Origin: Chromatiales bacterium | GTDB lineage: Bacteria > Pseudomonadota > Gammaproteobacteria > Poriferisulfidales > Oxydemutatoraceae | Assembly (NCBI GenBank): GCA_014323925.1 | Contig: JACONC010000003.1 | Location: 73-64,072 of the forward strand | Direction: 5' to 3' | DNA: 64,000 nucleotides | Shown here: positions 49,076-58,465 of the stretch, piece by piece | Numbering within the stretch: position 1 is the first letter of the stretch | Layout of the letters: every line of letters starts with the position of its first letter | Made by a program: the position numbers and the translations under genes | Notes under the pieces: model-generated | Database searches by the model: none | Told to the model about the DNA's origin: nothing | The model's input: only the letters and a program-made list of their open reading frames with translations

Positions 49076-49935
49076 TAGAGTGAATCTATAAGTAAGCCAA
49101 TGAATACGACCATACCAAAATAATTATTATTGTTAAAGGCGCGTAGACATAATCGCGTATCTCGGTTTTTAATAAGATATTGTTGGTATACGATAAATGC
49201 TACGGCCACAGCTAAACCGTTGTAGTAAAACCATCCTAATGCTTGCAGATAACCCGCAAGCACCAACAATATCATAGACATTATCTGAAATACAGCAATC
49301 ACTAGGCGATCATAATCGTCAAATAACAAAGCCGAGGATTTTATGCCAGCTACTTTATCATCGTGTCGGTCTGCCATTGCATACATCGTATCGTATGCGA
49401 GCACCCAAAAAATATTCGCAACATATAGCAACCAGCCTGCCAATGGTGGCAATTCATTGGTTTGTGCGGTGTATGCCATAGGGATAGTCCATCCGAAAGC
49501 TAAACCTAGATGTAATTGAGGTAGTGAGTGTATGCGTTTTATGAAGGGATAAGATATTACTAAAAATAATGCAATAAATGCCATATAAACAGTTAATACA
49601 TTGGTCTGTATTATCAAAAAAAAAGCTAAAACTATCAATACTGCAAAAACAAAGAGTGCTTCAAGTGGCGAAATACGACCAGAGGCAACTGGTCGGTTTT
49701 TAGTTCTTTCTACTAAGGCATCTACTTTATGATCGGCATAGTCGTTAATTGCACACCCTGCAGAGCGCATTAGTATCACGCCGATAATAAAAATCAACAG
49801 TACTCGTCCATCAGGCACTCCATCGGCAGCCAACCATAATGCCCATAGTGTCGGCCATAATAATAAATAGATACCAATAGGGCGATTCAAACGCACCAGC
49901 ATCAAATAAATTTTAAGGTGGCTAATTATTTGCAA
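49072..49935 (-). CDS. ubiA: 4-hydroxybenzoate polyprenyltransferase
   Basis: 287 aa, UbiA prenyltransferase TM core with Asp-rich motifs (NDYADHKVD; …DTMYAMADRHDD…). Confidence 0.9.
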   Translation of the reverse strand: MQIISHLKIYLMLVRLNRPIGIYLLLWPTLWALWLAADGVPDGRVLLIFIIGVILMRSAGCAINDYADHKVDALVERTKNRPVASGRISPLEALFVFAVLIVLAFFLIIQTNVLTVYMAFIALFLVISYPFIKRIHSLPQLHLGLAFGWTIPMAYTAQTNELPPLAGWLLYVANIFWVLAYDTMYAMADRHDDKVAGIKSSALLFDDYDRLVIAVFQIMSMILLVLAGYLQALGWFYYNGLAVAVAFIVYQQYLIKNRDTRLCLRAFNNNNYFGMVVFIGLLIDSLY

Positions 49936-49987
49936 TTTATTATTAGATAAGGTGAACCTATATGCTCACCTATTGCCACATACCTAC

Positions 49988-52195
49988 CTAATTAGCTTTT
50001 TTTCGGGCTGCTTTTTCTGCTCTTCTTTCAGCTAGATATTTAGCTCTCCTTTTGGCTTTATGGCGAGCTTTTAGTCGTTCTGCTTCTGCTACTTCCATCG
50101 CATTATAGAGCTTTTGTGTAAGGGTTTCTATTCTCTCTTTGGTCTGTTGACTGCCGGGAAGATTTTTGGCACTTTCTAGTATACGAAGCGCTTCTGCCGA
50201 ATTATTTTCACGTATTTTAGCAATAGCTTTTGTTAAGTGAATTGATGCTGATTGAGAACCATCCTCTATCCAATTGTTCATCAGTGATTCAAATTCTTCT
50301 ATTCTACCAGTTTCTAGATAGACACCCGCTAATGCATTTAATATTTGGCGTCGGTACGGATAATGCTCTCGCATCTCTTCAAAAATCGGCAGTGCTTTAT
50401 CATATTTTTTATTTCTATAGTAGTAATCACCTATGTGATACATAGTTCTTTTTCTTATAGGGAAATTCTCATACGATTCTTGAGCTGATTCAAACGCAGT
50501 TTTATAATTACCCGAACGATAATTTGATACCGCCTTAAAGTGTAAAGTATCAGATTGATACCAAATAATTTGAAGTGCCAACATAGCGATAGTTGCTAAA
50601 ACCGCTGACGAAGCAACCACTACATTTAAAGTAGGAGATGATATACGCCAGCGATAAAAACTTTGTTCGTTGGGACTGAAAGCATGCCAAGTGGCAGCGG
50701 TAAGAATGGCTACATAAATCATCGTAATAGCAATAGTAATGGGTTGTTGCAACGGAAAACTAACGGACGCGTTAGATGCAATACCCATTAAAGCCACAAA
50801 GCAAACCATTACCATTACCTGGTCTTCCTCTCGCAGTTTACTCTTTTTAGAAAACACATAGAATATGCCGAGTAGTACAGCTCCTGTCACCCACAACATC
50901 AGAAACATCCCGACTAGACCTAGTTCGGATATAAACTCAACATAATCGCTATGCGCATTAATGTGAAAGAGTGACTCACCGCGTAATGCAGGATCAACTG
51001 CATAGGATTCTTGATATTTAGGGTAATAAACCATCCAATTACCTATGCCGACACCTAGCAGCCAGTGATCCTTAAGCAGGTTAAAGGAATTTTTCCACAT
51101 AATAATGCGTTGCTGTTTAGTGGCAGCATAAGTCTCTTTGGCTTTTTTCACGACATCAGCAGAGGACTCGCCTTGCACTGCTCCCCCAACTGGGTTTGTT
51201 TCTTGCTCAATTCCTCCGGTATTTTTTTCTAATATCGGCACCGTAGAAACGAAGAATTTTGGGGTTGTGTTAATCAATGCAAAGGTTAGCAAGACAAACC
51301 CTAATGCAGCGATAATTTTCGGCATCTGCCATTGGTATTTGTGAGCTAATCCGTATTTAAGATAAATGAGTAAAATAGCAAATACGATAATCTCAACGAT
51401 AAAAGAAAACCACGAACCGCGTGTGCGACCGTAGAATAATGAAGCCAGTGCGAAGGCCGACCCCAGACTATAAAACCACGACGCTTTTATATTACGGCTA
51501 TTTATGAAAAGACCCACACCTAATACCCAAGTAAGAATTAGAAATTCCCCGTTCATGTTTTTATTGCCGAATGTAGCTGCCGGAGAGATATGTTGTGGAA
51601 CCCAATCTATAGATAACAGATATTGTCCCACGCCTAATAGCGAGATTAATACTGAACCACAGTATAAGCAAAATACCATCGGAAATATTAAGCGTCTATC
51701 CCGCAACGACAGCAAGACTACAAAGAAAATAATAATCGCAGCTCCCCAATCCAACACCTTAACTATTGCTTCATAGAAATTGTGCGCCCAAAATAAAGAT
51801 ACAACCATCCACAAATAGAATGCTGCCACAGAGAATAGCAAAAATGATACGCGGGGAATTAAGATGCCGGGGCTTTTATTCCTATACATTAGGTATAAAT
51901 AGACGGACAAAAAGACTAATGCACCTACCTGAAGCATTGATGCCATATATAAATCAGGGTTATAGCCAAAAGGGGTTTGTCCTATTGGCGCGAAAACTGC
52001 AACCAGTGCAATGAAGGAACCCAAAGACCACACATAAGCTGGCGGTATTTCAGATATTACCTTTGAGTGTTCCAGTGTTAAGTTAGAACTTTCTTCTTTC
52101 TTTGATAGACCAGTTTTAGTGGTCTGTTTTGACGAATGTTTCCCTTTTTTCTTAGCAGCCATCTTATATTGCTTTTGAATTAAAATCCGTATCAT
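49988..52195 (-). CDS. Polytopic membrane protein with O-antigen-ligase-like (Wzy_C) core and C-terminal TPR plus basic tail
   Basis: 735 aa, ~12 TM helices with a large loop region. The C-terminal soluble portion has TPR-like repeats (…YKTAFESAQESYENFP…YDKALPIFEEMREHYP…) and a K/R-rich tail. This architecture resembles WaaL/PglL-type ligases or O-oligosaccharyltransferases. Confidence 0.55.
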   Translation of the reverse strand: MIRILIQKQYKMAAKKKGKHSSKQTTKTGLSKKEESSNLTLEHSKVISEIPPAYVWSLGSFIALVAVFAPIGQTPFGYNPDLYMASMLQVGALVFLSVYLYLMYRNKSPGILIPRVSFLLFSVAAFYLWMVVSLFWAHNFYEAIVKVLDWGAAIIIFFVVLLSLRDRRLIFPMVFCLYCGSVLISLLGVGQYLLSIDWVPQHISPAATFGNKNMNGEFLILTWVLGVGLFINSRNIKASWFYSLGSAFALASLFYGRTRGSWFSFIVEIIVFAILLIYLKYGLAHKYQWQMPKIIAALGFVLLTFALINTTPKFFVSTVPILEKNTGGIEQETNPVGGAVQGESSADVVKKAKETYAATKQQRIIMWKNSFNLLKDHWLLGVGIGNWMVYYPKYQESYAVDPALRGESLFHINAHSDYVEFISELGLVGMFLMLWVTGAVLLGIFYVFSKKSKLREEDQVMVMVCFVALMGIASNASVSFPLQQPITIAITMIYVAILTAATWHAFSPNEQSFYRWRISSPTLNVVVASSAVLATIAMLALQIIWYQSDTLHFKAVSNYRSGNYKTAFESAQESYENFPIRKRTMYHIGDYYYRNKKYDKALPIFEEMREHYPYRRQILNALAGVYLETGRIEEFESLMNNWIEDGSQSASIHLTKAIAKIRENNSAEALRILESAKNLPGSQQTKERIETLTQKLYNAMEVAEAERLKARHKAKRRAKYLAERRAEKAARKKAN

Positions 52196-52533
52196 ACCAT
52201 AAGTCCGTGGGATACAGAAAACATAGGCTTATGTACTTATAGCTACCCATAGTTACCCCATAATAGGGTTAGGGAGTGTAGTAAAAATAATTTCTCTATA
52301 TGGGTATTTATAAAGTGTACTATAGGTCTTTGGAAGTATGTGGATAACTCTGTGGATAGCTTATTGTATAGTTATATAAATCCCTTGTCTGAACTAAGGA
52401 AATCCTACTGGCTGCTATCTCAATGATGCTAAACTACTGTTTTCACAGCATAAATTTAAAATATTGTCATATATCATTATATTCGGTAGCGAATATACTT
52501 TTTTGTCGTGATTTCCTAATCTGTGTATAAACA

Positions 52534-53727
52534 TTAGGTATTAGAGGCGTCCGGCAAGCAATATAAAAGGATTTCATTCAAGAATCGAATGCCGTACGCA
52601 GTCGGTTTTAAGAGATGTTTTTCAGATATAATCCATTTTTTATCTATGAAGGGAGAAAGCTTTTGTTCGAGCAAGCTATCATTTTGCCCAGTTCGGCTAA
52701 ATAGCTCTCTGGAAAAGCCTTCTGTTAGTCTTAACGCGTTTAATAAAAACTCGAAAGTCGCCGTAGGTGCGTCAAGCCTGCGAATTCCTACGCAACTGCT
52801 ATTTTCCATAGTCCTTTCCATGTACCGTTCGGGCAATCTGTGTTTGTGGGTGCGCACGATTTTATATCCTGCTGCCAGCGTTAGCTTTCCGTGCGCACCC
52901 GCCCCAATACCCAAGTAGTCTCCAAATTGCCAATAATTTAAGTTATGTAGGCAAGGTTTGTGGTGACTATACGCCGACACCTCGTACCGTTTATAACCAC
53001 TTTCTTTTAGTGTTTGTATGCCGGCCAGCTGCAGTTGCCAAACAGCATCGTCATCAGGTAGCCGGGGTTTACGAGTATAGAAGAGCGTATTGGGTTCAAT
53101 CGTTAACTGATACCAAGAAATGTGTTCGGGTTTGAGTATAATAACGCTGGTTAAATCAGATAATGCCTGTCTTTCAGTCTGTTCAGGTAAGCCGAACATA
53201 AGGTCGCAGTTGATATTGGCAAAGCCCGCCAATCTCGCATTTTCAAAAGCTTGTACTGCTCGTTTGGCATTGTGGGCACGACCTATGTTAGTTAGAAGTT
53301 TGTCGTTTAAGCTTTGTATCCCGATGGATATTCTGTTAACTCCGGCTTGGCGTAGCCTTTTCAGTTTAGCCAAGCTAGCGCTCTCTGGATTAGCTTCTAT
53401 AGTAATTTCGCAATTGGGTTTAAGTTTGAGGTGAGCTTTTACTCGTTCCAGTAACATTGCCACGGCATCGGCGTCAAATAAAGAGGGTGTGCCACCGCCT
53501 ATGAATATACTATGCAAAGGACGATTTTGCACATAAGGTAAATCATGCTCTAAATCGGCAATGAGCGCTCTGATATATCGTATTTGGTCAGGAGGGGTGC
53601 GCGCAGCATGTGAGTTAAAATCGCAGTAAGGACACTTTGATACACACCACGGTAAATGTATATACAACGACAAGGGTGGTAGTGAGTATTTTTTTACTTG
53701 TGTTACATTTGTTGCAATTGGGTACAT
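52534..53727 (-). CDS. hemW: Radical SAM haem chaperone HemW (HemN-like, oxygen-independent coproporphyrinogen oxidase family)
   Basis: 397 aa; CxxxCxYC radical-SAM motif (CVSKCPYCDFN) and HemN C-terminal domain. Overlaps rdgB by 25 nt, the common rdgB-hemW pair. Confidence 0.85.
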   Translation of the reverse strand: MYPIATNVTQVKKYSLPPLSLYIHLPWCVSKCPYCDFNSHAARTPPDQIRYIRALIADLEHDLPYVQNRPLHSIFIGGGTPSLFDADAVAMLLERVKAHLKLKPNCEITIEANPESASLAKLKRLRQAGVNRISIGIQSLNDKLLTNIGRAHNAKRAVQAFENARLAGFANINCDLMFGLPEQTERQALSDLTSVIILKPEHISWYQLTIEPNTLFYTRKPRLPDDDAVWQLQLAGIQTLKESGYKRYEVSAYSHHKPCLHNLNYWQFGDYLGIGAGAHGKLTLAAGYKIVRTHKHRLPERYMERTMENSSCVGIRRLDAPTATFEFLLNALRLTEGFSRELFSRTGQNDSLLEQKLSPFIDKKWIISEKHLLKPTAYGIRFLNEILLYCLPDASNT

Positions 53728-54296
53728 AATTTTCTAAAAGCCAAGGCTCTATGGCTTAATCTATTTTTAGTAGCGGCAGACAATTGTGCTGCGGTACAGT
53801 TTAATTCGGGTAGATAGAATAGCGGATCGTATCCGAAACCGTCTTTTCCTCTTGGTTTGCGAATAATATATCCGTGCCAGTCGGCTTCTGCAATAATGGG
53901 CGTTGGATCGTGGGTATGACGTAGATAAGTTGCTGCACAATGAAAATATGCGTCAAATTTATCTCCGTCGTATGCGGCCAACTCGCTCAACAACCGTTCT
54001 AGGTTATCGGCGTCTTTGGCATCTTTTCCGGCGTAGCGGGCAGAATAAATGCCGGGTGCACCACCTAGTATTTCTACGACTAAGCCTGAATCGTCCGCTA
54101 TCGCCGGCAGATTCGTTGTCGCGCTTGCATGACGCGCTTTGATTAATGAATTTTCGACGAAACTTAAGCCGTTCTCCTCTACAGACCTAACGCCTAACTC
54201 TGACTGCGGTAACAACTGTGCATCTAGATCACTAAGGATAGCTTTTAGTTCGCCTAGTTTGGATGGATTAGCAGTTGCAACAACGATGGTTTGCAT
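53703..54296 (-). CDS. rdgB: Non-canonical purine NTP pyrophosphatase RdgB (Ham1 family)
   Basis: 197 aa; MQTIVVATANPSKLGELKAIL…FVENSLIKARHASATTNLPAIADDSGLVVEILGGAPGIYSARY…. Confidence 0.9.
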   Translation of the reverse strand: MQTIVVATANPSKLGELKAILSDLDAQLLPQSELGVRSVEENGLSFVENSLIKARHASATTNLPAIADDSGLVVEILGGAPGIYSARYAGKDAKDADNLERLLSELAAYDGDKFDAYFHCAATYLRHTHDPTPIIAEADWHGYIIRKPRGKDGFGYDPLFYLPELNCTAAQLSAATKNRLSHRALAFRKLCTQLQQM

Positions 54297-54741
54297 TTTA
54301 TTTAGCGAGACTATGTTGTTGTAGCTTAATTATCTTTTGAATGTTGCAATGTCCTATATTTAATAATGGTGGAAATTCGTCCGAGCGTAGTGCCTGACCC
54401 TCAGCGTGGCAGATATAATGTTGCTCAAAAACGATATACACGATATTACGTGGTTCCAAACAAGTTCGCTCGTCGGCGCGCTTATAATGATTTACTGCAA
54501 CTGTATTCATCGTCTTTGTCTGCTATCTGTTTACTGACACGGCTATTGATCTAAACATTGAAAAAAAAAATAGGATATTTAGGTATTGCTTATCCTCTTA
54601 CTTATCTCTTTAGATTAAATTTTAATAGTACTTATATGATACGCTAAAAAGTTATATTTAAGATACGGCGGTTATAATGTTATGTAGACCAAAAGTATCA
54701 ATGAGATGATTAGCAAAGTGATAGCTGTATAGTGAGCACCC

Positions 54742-55707
54742 ATGGCGACAATACCTGAGGCAATTATTTCTCCTATTATGGATGAACTAAGCAGCTTGGA
54801 TCAATTAATAGAAAAAAAACTTGATTCCAATCTGTCTTATATTGTTGAATTAAGCAACTACTTGATGACTGCCGGTGGTAAACGCATGCGCCCCATATTG
54901 GTATTGTTGTCAACCTTAGCAAGCGATTACCGTTCGGCGGATAATAACCATATTGCACTAGCTGCCATCGTTGAGTTTATCCACACGGCAACTTTGCTCC
55001 ACGACGATGTTGTCGACGATGCCGATCTGCGGCGCGGCAGAAAAACCGTCAAAGTATTATGGGGGAATAGCGCCAGTGTACTGGTCGGAGATTTTCTGTA
55101 TTCGCGAGCCTTTCAGCTATTATATGGTATCGGTCATGCCACTATCTCAAAAGATATCTCGGATGCCACCAATGCAATATCTGAAGGAGAAGTACAGCAA
55201 CTAATCAATTTGCAGCGCAAAGATCTAGACGAAGCCACTTATATGGAAATCATTACCCGTAAAACAGCGACTTTATTCAAAGTCGCTTGTCGCGCAGGTT
55301 CGATGTTGAGCAACCCAGCCGCTGACATCACACAGGCGATGACTCTTTACGGACTAAACCTAGGCCTTGCTTTTCAACTCGTTGATGACTTGATAGATTA
55401 TAACCAGAATACTAATAAAAACTGCGGGCAAGACCTAGCTGAGGGCAAACTGACATTACCTATGATCTATGCAATTAAAAACGGGGATGCCGTCCAAACC
55501 GAATTCTTAGAATTGGCACTATGCAACGGCGAAGCCGTCGCCCAAGTACGCGAAATACTAGAAGCAACTGGCGCAATCGCCTACACTAGAAAGCAAGCAC
55601 TGTACTATGCTGATCAAGCATACCGTAATCTACAACCTATACCTCCCTCTCCGTATAAAGAATCACTTAAGGCGTTAAGCCGATTTATTGTGCAGAGAAC
55701 TTTATAG
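54742..55707 (+). CDS. ispB: Octaprenyl-diphosphate synthase (trans-polyprenyl diphosphate synthase)
   Basis: 321 aa; first and second Asp-rich motifs (LLHDDVVDDADLRRG; LVDDLIDY). Confidence 0.9.
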   Translation: MATIPEAIISPIMDELSSLDQLIEKKLDSNLSYIVELSNYLMTAGGKRMRPILVLLSTLASDYRSADNNHIALAAIVEFIHTATLLHDDVVDDADLRRGRKTVKVLWGNSASVLVGDFLYSRAFQLLYGIGHATISKDISDATNAISEGEVQQLINLQRKDLDEATYMEIITRKTATLFKVACRAGSMLSNPAADITQAMTLYGLNLGLAFQLVDDLIDYNQNTNKNCGQDLAEGKLTLPMIYAIKNGDAVQTEFLELALCNGEAVAQVREILEATGAIAYTRKQALYYADQAYRNLQPIPPSPYKESLKALSRFIVQRTL

Positions 55708-55797
55708 CTGCCGGCAGTATTGGTTATGTGTATCGCAGAGATTGATTCAGTTATCGCCGTTGGTCTAAGAGAAAACTATGCCGCAATAAAATAACAG

Positions 55798-56808
55798 ATG
55801 GATTCAATCACACAAGCAGCATTGGGCGCAACGGTCGGTGGTATCGTCGCCGGCCGGCGTACTTCTAAAAAAATATTATTGTGGGGAGCGATTGCCGGCA
55901 CGCTTCCTGATTTGGATATACTCTATAATTTTTTCACCAATGATGTGGGTCAGCTTGTTTCGCATAGAGGAGTGACGCACTCGTTTATTATTGCACCAAT
56001 AGCAGCCTATTTATTCTCTAAATTATTCTTCCGTATTGCGCCGCGTAGCGGATTATCGTCTCGGCAATGGTTTTGGCTGTTCTTTTGGTGTTTCACCACG
56101 CATATCTTGATAGATTGGATGACCGTCTACGGTACACAAATCTTCTACCCATTGAGTCGCTATCCTTACGCGCTTTCAAGACTATTTATCATTGATCCTT
56201 TTTATACAATACCACTGATTGTCGGACTCGCATATTTTGTGATATCAAAGGCACCTGTTATGAGCCGCCGTAGTGTTTTAGTGGCAACGGCCACACTGAC
56301 TAGTTTTTATATAGTTGCTGCAATTACATTCGGAACATACGCAAACCACCGTTTTGAGGAAGCACTGGCTCGGCAAGAAATAAATTATCGGCAAATGCAA
56401 ACCTACGCTGCTCCCTTTAATATTCTAATTTGGCGCACTATCGTCATCACTGAAGACGGTAGCCTAAATGCCTGGTATTCTTTATTGCATCCGAATAAAG
56501 CAATCGTATTTAATCGCACTGATGTGCATCCTGAGCGAACGAAGTTAGATACATTTTTAGCCAGCAACACTGACCTCGCTAAGTTGAAGCGTTTTTCCAA
56601 AGGTTTTTATCGCTATGTCGAGGTCGCCGAAGGTATTCAATGGATAGACTTGCGTTTCAGTGCTGGTGGCATGTACCCATTTCGCTATTTAGTTGCAAAA
56701 CGCGATGCTACAGGCGAACTGCAACCGCTGCCAACTGCTAGGCGCGTTGAGGTTAAAAGGCGGCCGTCAATAAAGGTGATTTTTGACGAATTATACAAAC
56801 ACATCTAA
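55798..56808 (+). CDS. Membrane-bound metal-dependent hydrolase (YdjM/DUF457 family)
   Basis: 336 aa; N-terminal TM region with His-rich motifs typical of the family (…SHRGVTHSFII…TTHILIDWMT…) and a soluble C-terminal domain. Confidence 0.6.
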   Translation: MDSITQAALGATVGGIVAGRRTSKKILLWGAIAGTLPDLDILYNFFTNDVGQLVSHRGVTHSFIIAPIAAYLFSKLFFRIAPRSGLSSRQWFWLFFWCFTTHILIDWMTVYGTQIFYPLSRYPYALSRLFIIDPFYTIPLIVGLAYFVISKAPVMSRRSVLVATATLTSFYIVAAITFGTYANHRFEEALARQEINYRQMQTYAAPFNILIWRTIVITEDGSLNAWYSLLHPNKAIVFNRTDVHPERTKLDTFLASNTDLAKLKRFSKGFYRYVEVAEGIQWIDLRFSAGGMYPFRYLVAKRDATGELQPLPTARRVEVKRRPSIKVIFDELYKHI

Positions 56809-56882
56809 CAAAATGCTCTCCATTTGCTAGGGCAAACTAATGGTTGCGTGATTTAATAGATCTCCTTCTGTGCTTTTTAGCT

Positions 56883-57080
56883 TCATCCATTAACCTTGTT
56901 GTAAGTTATAGTTTTGTAAGTTATAGATTGTATAAAATAGTTTTTCTTATGATGTTCATAGGTGTGGTTGTTTACATGGAATTGACCCTCGTCAATATTA
57001 CCGCGATGCTGGCGATCAGAGTAGGCTATGGTGGCATCCTTCTTGATTTCGGTACTGTCGATTTCAAATATTTCAATCAC
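56883..57080 (-). CDS. Hypothetical small protein downstream of the DNA methyltransferase gene
   Basis: 65-aa ORF, 47 nt downstream of the methyltransferase on the same strand. No recognisable motif; coding status uncertain. Confidence 0.25.
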   Translation of the reverse strand: MIEIFEIDSTEIKKDATIAYSDRQHRGNIDEGQFHVNNHTYEHHKKNYFIQSITYKTITYNKVNG

Positions 57081-57127
57081 ATCCTTATTGTCCTATGTTG
57101 ATGTCAATGATGCGGTCTCTAAATGGG

Positions 57128-57913
57128 TCACTTTTCACTACATGCAATTTCCTTGATTCTGTTTTTCATAGTGTGAAAATAGGCTTCATTATTCTCAAAG
57201 CCTATATATCTTCTATTTTTGTTGATCGCTGCGATGATTGTGCTACCACTGCCAGCAAAGCAGTCGAGCACAACATCACCTTCGTTACTAAATATATTCA
57301 ATATCCTGTCCATTAGCTGCAAGGGCTTTTGTGTCGGATGATTGACTCTTTCCTTACTCCAAGGAACGATCGGAGAAATATCCGTCCATACATTGGACAT
57401 GGCTCTGTATTCGTTGCCATTTTTCCTTCCTATAGTTCCGCCAGTTTTCTTTTTTATATTGGATGAGATTTTGTTATAAGTATAGCTATTTTTATCGTTG
57501 ACAAACCACAGTATATCTTCTCTGGTCGACACAAGATTGGTTTTTGTTCCACGACCTTTAACTCGGTCGTAAATAATCCAATTTTTTAGATAAAAATGTT
57601 TGGATAGTTGGTTTATAGTTCTTGCAACATTAGACCAACCTTGAAACACCACTAAACTGCCGTCAGTTTTGATAATCCGCTTGAACTCTTTTGTCAGATA
57701 AGCCCAATTCAAATTGTCTTTCGCGTCCCACGGACAATCAGAATAACCTATTTCATAAGGAGGATCTGTTGCTATTAGGTCTACTGAGTTTCCTTTGACA
57801 CATTTTAATAATTTCATGCAATCGCCTAAAACGATTTGATTGGTACTTATATCTCGTTGTTCTTTTTCTATCGCAGGTTGTTTAGCGGTGGTGTGGAATA
57901 TCTCTATTTGCAT
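57128..57913 (-). CDS. Beta-class DNA methyltransferase (N6-adenine or N4-cytosine; DPPY motif before FxGxG)
   Basis: 261 aa; catalytic motif IV DPPY (LIATDPPYEIGY) precedes the AdoMet motif I (VVLDCFAGSGSTIIAA), the beta-class order. No full-size restriction endonuclease gene is adjacent. Confidence 0.85.
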   Translation of the reverse strand: MQIEIFHTTAKQPAIEKEQRDISTNQIVLGDCMKLLKCVKGNSVDLIATDPPYEIGYSDCPWDAKDNLNWAYLTKEFKRIIKTDGSLVVFQGWSNVARTINQLSKHFYLKNWIIYDRVKGRGTKTNLVSTREDILWFVNDKNSYTYNKISSNIKKKTGGTIGRKNGNEYRAMSNVWTDISPIVPWSKERVNHPTQKPLQLMDRILNIFSNEGDVVLDCFAGSGSTIIAAINKNRRYIGFENNEAYFHTMKNRIKEIACSEK

Positions 57914-57970
57914 AACCCGATTGTATTATTTACCAAGAGGTCTCACCGCTGCGACAAGCTAGCGGTGGTC

Positions 57971-58327
57971 CTAGTCACTGGGTATCCATTTGCCGTTGAC
58001 TTCAAAGCGGGTTTGAGTCATATCGCCAGTGGTATCCATATCTACACATTCAACATCGAGCAGGCGCTTGAGTATATATGCTGCACTCAGTCCGACCATT
58101 TGATGATTGCTAGCATGTAGCGCAGTCAGCATACGGTCGGCGAGGATTTGGCAGCGTTGAACAGTGTTGGGGTGTTCTACCCATAGGCGGCTCATTTGCC
58201 AACCGCGATCCATATCGGAGTCCACTTTAGCGAAAAAACTTTCGCCTTCCTCCAGCATATCAGCGGGCACTTTAATAGGATAGCTGTCTTCACCGATAAT
58301 AACTTTTAGTATTTTGATAGAACTCAC
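57971..58327 (-). CDS. Hypothetical protein upstream of, and co-oriented with, the methyltransferase
   Basis: 118-aa ORF, 57 nt upstream of the methyltransferase. No recognisable domain; no HTH-like controller-protein signature noted. Confidence 0.35.
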   Translation of the reverse strand: MSSIKILKVIIGEDSYPIKVPADMLEEGESFFAKVDSDMDRGWQMSRLWVEHPNTVQRCQILADRMLTALHASNHQMVGLSAAYILKRLLDVECVDMDTTGDMTQTRFEVNGKWIPSD

Positions 58328-58465
58328 TAGCCTGTAATTCGGTTAATTAATTTGTAGATGTCCATATCATACATCATTGGTGATAATTTCCGACTTGCGG
58401 GTTTAATTGCTTCACTATGCGATAAATTTTAGTGATAGAATAATTTTTCCATACTATCTAACTTT

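Noticed and set aside
54298-54741. ORFs of 62 and 70 aa, and an A10 homopolymer (54561-54571), upstream of ispB
   Set aside because: Small ORFs lack support. The poly-A tract is intergenic, so a phase-variation role is not supported.
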